DNA of 59,815 nucleotides, the filler included, from Squatina squatina (Eukaryota), in assembly GCA_031763465.1 (NCBI GenBank). It is 4 parts of 4 records of this genome, joined end to end, with 100 filler letters (N's around TTAATTAATTAA, not from the genome) between each part and the next. Parts side by side here need not be neighbours in the genome. Positions count along the whole stretch, not along the records: positions 17,431 to 33,989 come from JARFOE010000115.1; positions 34,090 to 46,648 come from JARFOE010000001.1; 2 more parts are not named here. The stretch is one strand, 5' to 3'. Each line of letters begins with the position of its first letter. Position 1 is the first letter of the stretch. Shown here one piece after another: positions 26,351 to 39,514 of this stretch. The notes beneath the pieces are model-generated. The model was given only the letters and a program-made list of their open reading frames with translations, was not told the origin of the DNA and did not search any database. The translations under genes were made by a program, and so were the position numbers.

Positions 26351-26478
26351 CTGAGTGAGAGAGCGCCAGTCCATGTGGGCACTGCCAATATAAATGTGCT
26401 TCTTGTCCACCACCCAAAAAGAAGAATGAAGCTTGCCACCAATAATGGGAGTCATGTTGATGTACTTCACCAGTGCAC
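26351..26478 (-). CDS. PLD5-like (PLD3/4/5/7 family) phospholipase D exon with degenerate first HKD motif
   Basis: ccag|GT...CAG|gtaatt, 128 nt. Translates to (G)ALVKYINMTPIIGGKLHSSFWVVDKKHIYIGSAHMDWRSLTQ, which aligns with the PLD3/4 motif LH[TS]KFWVVD...GSANMDWRSLTQ but has K->S and N->H. Confidence 0.88.
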
Positions 26479-29400
26479 CTGGGAGTTAAACAGCCAATAA
26501 CTAGTCATCAGTTGCTACTTATCAGCATCTTCAATTGATACAGTGAAACATAGAAGACACAAGATTTCTTGCCACTGAGTCAGATGGTTGTGGGTTTGAG
26601 CAAGTTATAAAATATTATCGCGTTACATTCTTTAAAAACTGTGCATGCATAAGAGTAAAAAATACCTATCAGAAGGGCATGTTCTGAAAAAAGAAAATCT
26701 GTCAGCCCTGCACGTTCGTAGGTAATTANNNNNNNNNNNNNNNNNNNNNNNNNNNNNNNNNNNNNNNNNNNNNNNNNNNNNNNNNNNNNNNNNNNNNNNN
26801 NNNNNNNNNNNNNNNNNNNNNNNNNNNNTGTTAATGTCACTCTATTCATTCACATATTATTAAATAAATTAGTCTGTTGGTTTATAATTGGCCTGGTCAT
26901 CAGTTTTCCAGAAGATGAGATGAGATTACAGTATCCAATTCACAAGAAGTTTTCATTGTTATAGCCCCTGGGTCTTCAGACAGTATGACCTAATTGGGCA
27001 TTCCTAAGTGTAAGGGACAGGGTGTCTACTTAAGGGAAAGACCAATAATGCTGAAATAGATTATTTAGTGCAGACCAGAAATTTGTAATCGCCAGGTTTA
27101 CACTTTTAAAAAAAAAAGCTGTTGTCCTCTTAACTTCTACCTCTGGTCTATAAACATTCCACAGTCAGAGAGGGCAGGCAGATGACTTGCATTGAGGCTT
27201 TGACCAATTCTGCTCATGAGCTGCTCATTGAGAATACTCCTTCCACTTTTCTTTCCACATGAATAAATGTCCACAATCTGATTTTTGACTTTCTACAAAA
27301 CTGAGGCTACTGGACAAAACGCCATGGCAGCGTGGAGTCAAGTTGCAAGAGATTGATGGGGATCTGCAATGTCAGATAGATCAAGAGAACCCCCCAGAAC
27401 AATGGCACCCAAGGCTTTGCATTTAATATCTGTTAAGTTATCAGCCTGTATAGTTATCGACGCATCCATGAACTTATGCTCTCCTTATTGCTGGCACTGC
27501 TATACAGGTGAAGTGGGAAAAAAAAAAATCAGACCAGAAAATATAATCATTCCAACAAGTCACACACTGACGTTACAGTGTGCAAATCCATCACATAATC
27601 GGTGATGGGCTTTTAGCTTTGTAACAAACATTCTCTGTGACAAAGATCTGGGAAAAAACTTTATTTGAAACACATTAGAAATGTAAAAATACAAATGAAC
27701 ATACATAACCAAATAAAAATAAATAGAGCCAATAGTGTTCGTACAAAATCAGGAGAAAACCATATAACTGCAAAACAAAGACAATATTACAAATTACAAC
27801 ACAAATGTGTAAACACATAAATCAACACAAGAAAGTGAAGTGCTTAGCTAGCATATTTAGAAGTTGGAAAACTCATGTCATTGCTATTTACTAGAGAAAC
27901 TCTGTAGTATACCATCTCATTACTTTTCCATCTATGGGGTAAAACTGTGCTTTTGCTATTGTAATAGCTTCTAGCCAAAGAGAGAGAGTGTGAGGGAGAA
28001 AAAAAATACAGGCAACATGTGGTAGTCTCGTTATTCCTTTCTCAAAGTTTGGAGGAAAAAAAACACTTTTTAATCCACGCAATATTCAAAAGGCATTTTT
28101 CCAGCAGTATGTAAAGTTAGATTGGAAGCAATTCTATATTGCCAGCCTAATGCCTGTTCCTAGCTNNNNNNNNNNNNNNNNNNNNNNNNNNNNNNNNNNN
28201 NNNNNNNNNNNNNNNNNNNNNNNNNNNNNNNNNNNNNNNNNNNNNNNNNNNNNNNNNNNNNNNNNNNNNNNNNNNNNNNNNNNNNNNNNNNNNNNNNNNN
28301 NNNNNNNNNNNNNNNNNNNNNNNNNNNNNNNNNNNNNNNNNNNNNNNNNNNNNNNNNNNNNNNNNNNNNNNNNNNNNNNNNNNNNNNNNNNNNNNNNNNN
28401 NNNNNNNNNNNNNNNNNNNNNNNNNNNNNNNNNNNNNNNNNNNNNNNNNNNNNNNNNNNNNNNNNNNNNNNNNNNNNNNNNNNNNNNNNNNNNNNNNNNN
28501 NNNNNNNNNNNNNNNNNNNNNNNNNNNNNNNNNNNNNNNNNNNNNNNNNNNNNNNNNNNNNNNNNNNNNNNNNNNNNNNNNNNNNNNNNNNNNNNNNNNN
28601 NNNNNNNNNNNNNNNNNNNNNNNNNNNNNNNNNNNNNNNNNNNNNNNNNNNNNNNNNNNNNNNNNNNNNNNNNNNNNNNNNNNNNNNNNNNNNNNNNNNN
28701 NNNNNNNNNNNNNNNNNNNNNNNNNNNNNNNNNNNNNNNNNNNNNNNNNNNNNNNNNNNNNNNNNNNNNNNNNNNNNNNNNNNNNNNNNNNNNNNNNNNN
28801 NNNNNNNNNNNNNNNNNNNNNNNNNNNNNNNNNNNNNNNNNNNNNNNNNNNNNNNNNNNNNNNNNNNNNNNNNNNNNNNNNNNNNNNNNNNNNNNNNNNN
28901 NNNNNNNNNNNNNNNNNNNNNNNNNNNNNNNNNNNNNNNNNNNNNNNNNNNNNNNNNNNNNNNNNNNNNNNNNNNNNNNNNNNNNNNNNNNNNNNNNNNN
29001 NNNNNNNNNNNNNNNNNNNNNNNNNNNNNNNNNNNNNNNNNNNNNNNNNNNNNNNNNNNNNNNTGACTTGTTACCAATAGCTCTTGCATAACTTCTCATT
29101 TTATAACCAGGTGTAACAGGCAAAGGATTAATCTTGAGTGCAAAGAATAATTCACCCAGTTATTCAGGTTGATTCTGCTGATATTGTCAATCCTATTGAC
29201 CAATTTTACTGACACAAGAACATGACTGCACGTGAAGCACTGTCAGTCGGGAGCTGCGAGATACAGTGAGCTACTTCCAGACCAGCAACTACTGTTGTAA
29301 CAGTTCATCAGTACAGGATATGCAGGAGGTTGAGTGGATTTTCCATTTTTCACCCCTTCCTAAGAAGAAAGGTTGTCTCCACTCTCAGCCGTTCCATTCA

Positions 29401-31182
29401 GCTCCAGCTATTAGAAGTTGGGGGTGTGACCTGCCATCCTACTGCTCTTTGATGTAAAAATTCTGACATGAGAATTCCGAACCTGTAAGAGCACCTTACC
29501 GATCCTGCGCTCCCAGAAGGGAATGTGAGATTGGAGAATTGGCGGCACAGTGTTGCAGTTACAGCTCTGACCCATGCCCCCGCCAAACACAACTCCCTAC
29601 TGCGAATATAGTATAGTGAATTTATTCTCTAAAATATGGAATTAGTAATGGTTGTTAAACCAACTGTATACAGTTTGTAGTATCGTGACCATCCCCATTA
29701 TTTAAACTAATCAGGAAGTTGAATGTACACAGGTGACTTTCGAAAATGAAAATGCTCTGTTAAATTTCTCAGTGAGGAAATGTTTCAAGGTATTAATTTA
29801 ACATTAAAATAAACATATTCAACTCAAACAAGCTTCATTAAAAACATGACATTCCATAATTCCAGCAGCACAGGACGTGTTCAATAAAGTATTTGATCAT
29901 CTATGGCTATACTTGTAACCTTGAATCCTGTTCTTTAAAGGAGTTGATCAGTGTAACATTAAGTGGTTTTATGGGCAATTTTATTCTGTTGACTCATGCC
30001 CCCAAAAAAACCTCTGCTGAGAATGCCCTAAATTCAATTCACATTGATGCAGCTAGCTAGGAGACTTCCTCCCATTAGATGCAAAACCATGCCAGAGAAG
30101 TGAAAGAGTGCACTGCCTCACTGTGCCCACTTAATCCATCTACAGTTTGCTTTAAGAAATATATACACTAATTCGCACTGATGCTGTACAACCAGAGTTG
30201 GGTAACTGAGATTTTGTTGGGAGTGAATCACTTATGAGCCATTGATTTGTGAGTGGTCCTCTAGTTAGGCTGATCAGTTCACTGCAGCACAATGGAAAGC
30301 ATCCCAATTATTCATCTGAAGAACTGACAAATTACAGTGTAATCCTTCAGTCAAATTCTATAAAGCCAATGCAACTATTATGCAAATTTTTGCTGGTTTG
30401 TGACTTTGTTTAAATCTGATGGATAAAGAGAAAAAAACGAAAATCAATAACCAACACAATGCTCCAATCCTATAGCTTACACGTTGTTGCTAATAGTGCA
30501 ATAATGTATAATGCTGAAAATGTTAAAATCAACAGGACTTTTCAGCATTACAAGTCGTCAACCTACTTCTGACCACAGCATAAAGCACAGATTTTTTTTT
30601 CCAATATTACAGTAATTGCTGAATATGTTTTCTACTTTGTACAGTTAAGCAATATCCTATGCCGAGTCTGTGGTTTACATACTAAACGCAATTAACAAAC
30701 AGCAGTTCTTTGATTCAACAGAACATATGGTTCAACTGACCAATATACTGAGCAGTTTGGCACCAATGTTTTTCGATATTTTTTTTTAAGCATGTATTGC
30801 CTATACACAAGTCCATTTTACACAGTGCTTAAACACAGTATTTCTATTCCAGTTTCAATAATAATGCCAATTTGCTTCTCCATTTTGTTTTGAAGACGAC
30901 TCATGAAGGCCAGGACAGCTGTTGATGTGGTTCACATTTCACTGCACACATCAGACAATGAGTCTTCCCCTCTCCCCCCCCCTAATGTTTCATTATTGGA
31001 TGGACACAAAGCTTAGAGCTGTAGCAAAATTAACGTGGCGAGGAAAGCACCACAGGAAGCAGGAAAATACCTTGAGGCTAGTTAAATGGCAAGCAAAACT
31101 GTTCTCAGTAACACAGGCCAGATCAAAAATGTTGTGCCTGCTGGTATGTGCTCCGCCTCTTTACAGACACCACAAAACAGTG

Positions 31183-31370
31183 TTACTCATGCAAAGTATT
31201 ATCTTTGCCCTCCCCATTGTGTTTGTACTGGCTGAAATGGTTGCTGTAGTCAGAGTCAGAGGCAGTCATCTGAGGACGTCGAGTTGGACTAAATTTGTGC
31301 TTGGGCTGTCCAGACAAACAGCCACACGCTGAATCCAACGCACCATCTGGATCAATCATCGCATTGATGG
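31183..31370 (-). CDS. CEP170-like terminal coding exon
   Basis: tttttag|CC ATC AAT...TAA. Translates to AINAMIDPDGALDSACG...SDSDYSNHFSQYKHNGEGKDNTLHE*. AINAMIDPDG and the final residues resemble the CEP170 C-terminus. Confidence 0.85.
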
Positions 31371-32243
31371 CTAAAAAGGAAAACGCAGTAACTGTTAAAC
31401 AAGTGTGATTTCAATGGGTTATAAGTAACAATGATAAATCGGTCAGATTTTTCTTAACTTTTTTTTTTACTCAATTTGTATTTCATGTAAAATTAATGCG
31501 CTCACTCATCTCTGAATAGCATTTAATTTCTACAAGCACATTCTAGCAGGTCCACAAATTAGCTAGTCTCGTTAAATTTGTCCAGATAGACATTTAAGAT
31601 ATTTTTTAAGTCAGGAATATTTTACAGAATCAAGCAGTTATTTCAAAGGCTTATGACACAGTAGTAACGCAAATACGTCAACTTTTAGACTTAAAGTGTT
31701 CAATATGACTAGGCTAAAAAAGGTCTTTGGAACGGATTCTCAGTCAGGTCAGAGGCCGAGGGAAACAGGTATTTTTTAAATTAGGTAAAATGTACAGATG
31801 GAATAAGTTATATTAGAAATCAAGTACAAGTTCAAAATATATAGAGAAAGAAACAGGGAGAATAGAAGCGATGTGCTTAAGTGTTTCATTTGCACAGCAT
31901 ATGGTTAATACTACAATAATGAAACTACACCAAGGAGCTTTATTTCTGTTCCAGTTAATGTATGGCCTGAAAGCCTTAAAAAAAAAGCCTGGGATACTGG
32001 AATACAGATTTGCCAGCACTCCCAACGGTTACAATTCACCAGGCTCTGTATAATGTGAAGATCAATTAGCTTGCTATATTGGACCAAGACCACCACGAGG
32101 CATAGGAAGCAGAGTAAATAACATAGATAATGTAATTCTGCCATTTCTAAATTACATTACAGAGCCTGGTCATAACTAGCCCTTGGCAGAATGCCAGTGA
32201 AACATCAGATGGCAAGAATTGAAAACAGTGTAATGCCACTTAC

Positions 32244-32295
32244 CTTGGAGTTGTTGCTCTACCTTTTTCAACTCCTGCAGGATTGATGAAATCTC
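32244..32295 (-). CDS. CEP170-like penultimate exon
   Basis: taag|GAG...CAAG|gtaagt, 52 nt. Translates to EISSILQELKKVEQQLQ (CEP170: EISSILQELKRVEKQLQ). The phase matches the terminal exon. Confidence 0.88.
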
Positions 32296-33710
32296 CTTAA
32301 AAAAAATAAGAAGTATAATTCATGTGTTCCGAACAAGCAGTTGAAACTTCAGATGCAATCGTAATATATCAACCATTTTAATCCCGGCCAGAGTACAGAC
32401 ACTAATTGCTGATAAGTTACAAGACAGAACACAACAATCTTTTGGAAAAGACTGCAAAGAAAAAGGCTCAACACTGAACTGTAAACAAGCAAGAAGGAAT
32501 GAAATAATAATTTAAAGTTGTACAGCTAGGGTTCACAGAAGGTCTGAATACAAATCCAGTGCTAAAAATGACTCAAGATTCAGCGATAGGAATCATTTTC
32601 AGATCTTGTAAGTATGGTAAGGTACCTTACTTTAAGCCCTGGGCTAGGCATCAATGTTATAACGGACAGGAATGCAACTCTTTAGAGTTGTTAAAACATT
32701 GAGGCCAAATCCATTACGATACAACACACATAATTACTAATGCACTTAAATACAAGAGAATGAACTTTATCTCATAATAAAATGTTTTATATATTCCTAC
32801 CATATTTTAAATTATTAAATTTAAGTGTTGACCAGACCTGACCAATATTGTCTGGATTGTTAAAAATGAAGCTAACCAGGACTGTAATATTAAACGAGGG
32901 ATCTCAAAATACACACTTTCATTTTCAGCTTATCTCAAGATCTTCTTGTGTGATTTTTTTAAAAAATGAAATAAAATTTTAATAGGAACAGTAATTTCCC
33001 TTTCTTGTCCTGCTAAAAGGTGGTATCAGAGGCTTTCTCTTCCCCAAAATTAATGCAGTTNNNNNNNNNNNNNNNNNNNNNNNNNNNNNNNNNNNNNNNN
33101 NNNNNNNNNNNNNNNNNNNNNNNNNNNNNNNNNNNNNNNNNNNNNNNNNNNNNNNNNNNNCAGGGAAAACCGGTCTGGGTCAGTGGTGTGGGGAGTGGGG
33201 GGAAAAAAGAGGGCATGAAGAGGCTGCCGCGTAAGGTAATGATGTCACACGCCGGCCGCTGCGCCACTGGTGGTGGGGCATTTATGCCAGCAGCGCCCAA
33301 GGCCCAATTGTGCTTTTATAATTTTTAGGCCTGTACGCTGATTTCACGCCTGGATTGCTAATCGGCGCAATCTTGCCGTGAGGTCAGACAAATTGGGCGT
33401 CCACTAGATATAACAAAGTTCCCAGCCAGATTCAGGAACTTTTTAAAGATCGCTTTGCACTGGTTGCACTGCAGACAGTGCTATGCTAACGTGGTGCAGG
33501 ACTTCCTCTTTGAGGTGGGTGGACACCACTTGCTGAGATTCAATCTTGCCAATTTATACACCACCCAAGTCTTAATGCAGTTTGTGCTGATGTGAAGCTA
33601 AAACCATTGTTCATCAATGTAAGCTGTACAGTGTAACTGGTGTGTAATTCCCTCTTCATTCTTTCTCACTTCCATTAACAAAAAAAGCATATGTAAAGCT
33701 CTCTAATTAC

Positions 33711-33799
33711 CTGATCTTTAGCGCAGTTTTCTCCATTGCATGCCTTATCTTTTGAGACAGCTGGGATACAGAGGTCAGCATCAAACTGTCTAAAACGGC
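33711..33799 (-). CDS. CEP170-like C-terminal domain exon
   Basis: tttag|GCC...AG|gtaatt, 89 nt. Translates to AVLDSLMLTSVSQLSQKIRHAMEKTALKIR. The next expected exon is absent and is probably in the 33061-33160 gap. Confidence 0.82.
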
Positions 33800-34033
33800 C
33801 TAAAATATAAAACATACCAATGAGGGAATACAGGAAACAGAATACATGTCACGTTTAATTATAAATGCAACTGGAGCTAGACTTCTGTATTACATTAGAT
33901 CAAACATTACATTTTTAAAATGTTGAATAATCTCACTAGCCCTGTTGGTACTCCTAAAGATGCAAGAGGGTACCACCAAAAGATGTATANNNNNNNNNNN
34001 NNNNNNNNNNNNNNNNNNNNNNNNNNNNNNNNN

Positions 34034-34045
34034 TTAATTAATTAA
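34034..34045. other. Artificial scaffold-concatenation linker
   Basis: TTAATTAATTAA centred in a 100-nt N block (33990-34089). Confidence 0.95.
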
Positions 34046-37000
34046 NNNNNNNNNNNNNNNNNNNNNNNNNNNNNNNNNNNNNNNNNNNNGTCCACCCCAC
34101 TAAATGGGTCCTTTGCTCATTGATATGGTCTGTGGGTAGTAATGAGTTAAATGTCCATCTGAATTTCAATAAATTCTATAGATTGTGGTGTGAAGCAGCA
34201 CATTAACAGCACGAGCTTCAGTGCACTCGGGACTGCTGACCAGTCTGGTGTAGGTAAATCACCATGACATCCAGTGTGTAACTGGTGCCTGTTTTCATGT
34301 GTTCTGTCTGCCGGTGGTTTATTCATTATACTGCCCACCTGTCGCCCAGTTCTGCCTGGGCAGGTGGTGGAATCAGAGTTTGAGTCTAAGTTTTGCAGTC
34401 TATCAAAACCTTTAAGAACGCTTCCACATGAGGCACAGAAGGAAATGGAACAAAATGGCGTTCGACTTTGAAACCCAAATGTTTTGGTTTGTCTCGTGGA
34501 CATTGTTGGAGAGCCCGCTTGTACCTGACTGCCCATAGTCGGGTTTGAGGTGACCCTGGTCTGATTGTAATCTTTTTATGCAGGGATTGCCAAACAGCTG
34601 GGATCAAGCTTTGGATGGAGTTTGCATATGTGGAGCGTACTTTGCCTGCATGGCCCAGGGCTCCACTCCACAAGTGACCTGAACCTGCAAGAGCACCAGG
34701 AGGCACAAATGGGATGTTCTCCTGGTCAAGTGCACACACCTGCCTTTACACCCATCAGTGTGTGGGATAACTCATTTAGTATTTCTTAGTGATTTTTAAT
34801 AAAAGATTTAAATGTGGGTGTTTGTTTCCGTACGTGATACCTGCAGGTGGCAGGACATGGGGGTGAGACACACTCCTTTAACAGCAGGCCATCAGATCTA
34901 AAGGCAGTGTTGTCACTGAGCTTGTTCAGTGTATGGTACAAATATCAGTTTTGTGAACCTGTATTCACCAATACATCATCCAGGACAAAACTCTCTCTCC
35001 AGTCACGGCCCTCGTTTGGCAGATTCTATAGTTCAAGACTGCGACGAGTTCACTGGGCCACTATTTGCTGAAATCTGGGGACAACACTGCAAATAGTCCA
35101 TGAGCCTCAATTCATCATTTCTGCTTTCATGGCAGAACAGAAAATTGATGTGCGTGAAAATGTCTTCACCTCTTTCAACCCTTTGCTCTGCTGCTGCTAA
35201 ATCTGCATTAACCAATAATGTCAATGACACTTTAACAACCAAAAAAATCAAAGACGCTGTTGACATGTGAACATTTCATGTATGTGTTGTCTCTTCAAAT
35301 AAAAGAAGGCAAAGAATCAAGTGTGCAATTAAAATATTGTGAGCACTGATGTATAACAGCTGAAAAGTTATGTACTGCACAGTGCTACAGATAAATGAAA
35401 AGATAACATTGGACAATCTTGAAAGCAAAATCTATGTAGCTAGTTATTTCAATGGGTTTGGAAACCAATGAAACACATTTAATTCTTCACTGAAAATGGA
35501 GCCAATTAGAATACTTTCTTTAATAGTGTGATCATTTAAACATCATATATCCTACAATTGAATTTTCTACTGATTATGGCAAGACTCCCCAACCTGGCTT
35601 CAAAATGGTTATGAGATACATAATAAGGAAATATGTCTATTAACATTGGTTAGAACTTTTGCAGAAAATAACTAAAATTTATAAGTGAAGATCAAAATCA
35701 GACTACCCAATTTTTAGTGACAGATTAATTGCGATGAAGATAAAAAAGAAAAACAATCAGTAAAATAAATGCTGAACTCATGATTTGGGAGGGTAACTGG
35801 CCTTTTCTTTCATGTGAGAAAGGCTCACATAATGTGAACATACCCACAGCACTTCAAAGTTAGACAGCTTTTTTACTTGTGACTTTAAAAGCAAATTTCA
35901 CTGCCAAATGCATATTATTACCCATTTATTACATTTAAAGAAACTATTAGAAACAGGCTGAATAATACTTATATAAATGTATTTTTTATTAAAATACAAA
36001 ACTAGGTTCCCTATGAGCTTACTCTTGCTTTTTTCTGGTTTATTTTCACACCATCAGGGTAGATGTGATAAAGCAAGCAAGCACGCCATAAACTATTCGC
36101 ACATAGCTCGCATTTTCAGAGCCTGGTATCTCATTACAAATTTCTTATTCTGCTCCAGGAAGCAGATGACACCAGATAATGCCAGTTATCAGTCATTACG
36201 GNNNNNCCAGTGCCTGAAGGTCCCCGCTGTTCCTAGATTATTTTCTCCAAAGCCTGTTTTGTACAGCTGTGCCAGAGGTTTGAGCTAGCTGCTGTTCAAA
36301 TTGTTGTCCTAATGTATCAGGAGACACCAAGATTGGTAACTTAAGCTACAATAGAATATTTTATTTGTATTTTATTCAAAGCATATTTCTCTTCATAAAT
36401 TCCTTTTTAAGTTATTTGATTTAAAGCTTTCAATTAAAGCATTCATTTTTTAGGCATGCATACAATAAATGAATCTCATCAACATTAGCATGCATATTTT
36501 ATTTTCAAAGGTAGGATTGTTCAATGCAGCAATGATCCGATGTAGCTACTTAATTACAATTAACTTTTAATACAAATAATCTCACTAAAATATTTATGCG
36601 GAATCCAAGCTAAACATCCATCAACTTTCAAACTCTGATATTTAAAATAACTCTTATTAACAAACACCCACTTAACACTAGCATATTACCATATCCCATG
36701 GCTCTATTTGTAATGAATTTCATCCCCATTATTACTTTGGAACTCGTGGGAATTGTGCAGCAGTATCCAACTTTCCNNNNNNNNNNNNNNNNNNNNNNNN
36801 NNNNNNNNNNNNNNNNNNNNNNNNNNNNNNNNNNNNNNNNNNNNNNNNNNNNNNNNNNNNNNNNNNNNNNNNNNNNCAGCAATTAAACTTTCCTTTGCTT
36901 ACTTAGTAATTAGACTTTGTGGCCTTAAAGGGATACAGATCCACCTTAGCAACAAAATAAGATATAATAAATTACATGACAGACATTCCTACCCTTATAA

Positions 37001-38492
37001 GATAGCACATATTCCAACTTACCATGAGCAACAAATATAGTTCTGAAGTTTTAAATCTAGTCAGCAATAGGAAACAGTTTTTCATATATGTTCATCTGAG
37101 AAAGCAATTTTACAAATAGTAATTGCAGCCTTACCATGAACAAAGATATTCCGCTGCCCCATACCACTCCCAGCCTCACTGTTCAATAGATTGTTAGGAG
37201 GTGCTCAAAAGCAGCACTGAAGTGAGTAGATTTAACTTGAATCTTGCATTTGCAGATGGCCTGGTCTGAGATTGAATTCTGCTTTCCACATAGGGAATTG
37301 CAGGGGGAAAACCCCTTATTCCATATTTGCTCACCAACAAGCTAAGCCATTGGCAAAACACATCTGAGTATGCGCAGAATTAATTTACATTAATGTTACT
37401 TTACAGGAATAGATAATCGTGAAGTTTTGACTGAAATAATGTTTGATGTGGTACTATAAAACACAGAATTTATCATGATTGATGCACTGTTCGTTAGAAA
37501 TGTCCAGAATTTGAAACTGAAGGGGCCCCATTGTGAATTCGAATACAGTTTAGTAAATAGAACTGTCTTGAGTTTTTGTTACTGTTTTGCTCTTATGCTT
37601 TAGTAAATATTTGATGATGTAAGTTATGCGATCATAACCGCAATGACTTGGTAACGTACAAGTAGGAGAGCGGAAGAGACCCAAAGAACTGAAAAGATTT
37701 AGGTTTCCGCATTGGTAGTTCATGGTTAACTCTTAGCTGACTCTGAAGAAACCATATATTAAAAAGGTTAATCAATTTAGATTAAAATAATTCATCAAGT
37801 AAAGTTGCAGCTCAAGTTCATCTCATTAAAAAGTGAATGTGTGTATATTTTATTAATAGCCTAGTGGTGTACTCCCAAGGCAAATTGACTGGAAGAAATA
37901 ATTTACCTACAACAGAAATTAAAACCATTAATATTAGCAAGCAACAGCACGCTATGTAATATCAAACATCTTTAAAACCTCTTCACTGCATTTCACCCCC
38001 ACACGCAGACTAAATATACCAAAATCAATGGTTTGTATCAGTTTAGGTACNNNNNNNNNNNNNNNNNNNNNNNNNNNNNNNNNNNNNNNNNNNNNNNNNN
38101 NNNNNNNNNNNNNNNNNNNNNNNNNNNNNNNNNNNNNNNNNNNNNNNNNNCATCTATTGATGACTTCTAACCATCAAGATATGTGAAATAAGTAAATTAA
38201 GAGCAATTAATTTCCTATATTGTGACAGCCAGCCACAAGAAGCTTTCATTTTTTTTTGAAACTGCAAAATGGAACAAATTGATCCATACAAGAATAAAAC
38301 AGTATTCTATTGAGCCAATTCTGAATTTGTCCTTTTCAGTATTCAGCTCCATAGCCAGCTGATAAAATTCATCGACAATTTATATAGAACTGTTTTTTGT
38401 GAAGTTTACTATCATCTCATACGGTTAGTCAGTTACCATCATCAAGGAGCTGCTGCACGATAGACATTAAAGAAATAAGATAAATCTCTTAC

Positions 38493-38645
38493 CAATCTGT
38501 TTATGCGAACAAACTCTTCTGGAGTTTTGGCCCATAGTGGAAGCTCTACATCAGACACCACAGTTCCATCATCCATCACACCCAGATTGTAATTATTGGA
38601 ATTGACAAACATCTCCGGAAGATAATAAAATTCAGGAATCAGTTC
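38493..38645 (-). CDS. LRBA: LRBA BEACH-domain exon
   Basis: acag|GAA...TTG|gtaag, 153 nt. Translates to [65 protein letters not shown] favours LRBA over NBEA. Confidence 0.88.
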
Positions 38646-39021
38646 CTGTGTAAGAAATAAACAATCATCCATTTTACTAAAATAAGGGTTTAACAGCCCA
38701 ATCATCAAAATTCACACACACATTTAAGTAATGCACGAACCATCCTAATAATAGGTTATTTTAATCTGCTAAGTATGTCAAGCTTGTTAGCCACAGTAAA
38801 CTTGTTTTTGATGTACTGAAGAAATTTAAATATGGCTGTCACTATAGATTAACTTCAGTTCAATAAAGCCCAACTGGTTAAAAACTATTCATCACAAACA
38901 TATGCAATACCAGCACACTTCAATGACCAATGCATTTATAATAGTCCCGATAACCAACGCAGAATTGACAACAGTATGCTGGACAATTAGTTAGGACATC
39001 CATGACAATTTAACTAAATAA

Positions 39022-39510
39022 TAGCCCTAAAATTGCGGTCGGAGGCTTACTGTGGACGAAAGCCTCTGACCTTTAAAAAATGTATTAAAGTGCCTGGTGG
39101 TCCGGGAGATTCGCACACTTGCAATCCTGGGCTTCTATTTGCAGGCCAGTGTAGAGGCCCACGTATCCCATGGACATATGCGCTTCGTCTGCATCTCTGG
39201 CATCACGTGGGCGGGCACAACCAATTAAGATAGGGGTATTCCCATTCTTGCTTATGGTAATTCAGAATTACCATAAGTATGAATGGGAATACCCCAAAAA
39301 CACACAAACACAATTAAATAAATGGGGGGGGAAAAAAGTTCACATTTAATTTAATTAAAATGCAATTTAATTAAATATTTTATACCAAAATTTTTTTTTT
39401 GAATTTTTAAAATATGTTTTAACAGGCCTAAAAATAAACTTACCTTAATGGACAGGGTTTTTAATATATGAATGTGATAAAATTCTATTTTTCTATTTTT
39501 TTTAGAACTC
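39022..39510. mobile_element. Interspersed non-autonomous element carrying an internal 63-nt palindrome
   Basis: Starts GCCCTAAAATTGCGG (MITE-like end). A GC-rich part is followed by the palindrome at 39233-39295 and an AT-rich part, and is then truncated by CR1 ORF1. Confidence 0.5.
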
Positions 39511-39514
39511 TTAC

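Noticed and set aside
27141-27218. Possible first coding exon of the PLD gene (MSRIGQSLNASHLPALSDCGMFIDQ, minus strand)
   Set aside because: The donor is weak and I cannot recognise any homology, so it is unsupported without RNA-seq.
28134-29123. Three ORFs of more than 300 aa
   Set aside because: They consist almost entirely of an 898-N gap. The same applies to the other X-containing ORFs unless they are listed as features.
30922-31332. 136-aa plus-strand ORF
   Set aside because: It is antisense to the CEP170-like terminal exon and 3' UTR, with no recognisable motif.
34147-35266. Cluster of 65-129 aa ORFs with coding-like composition
   Set aside because: I see no recognisable domain or consistent splice-bounded frame, and stops occur in all frames. 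It could be a decayed exon or TE; BLASTx would be needed.
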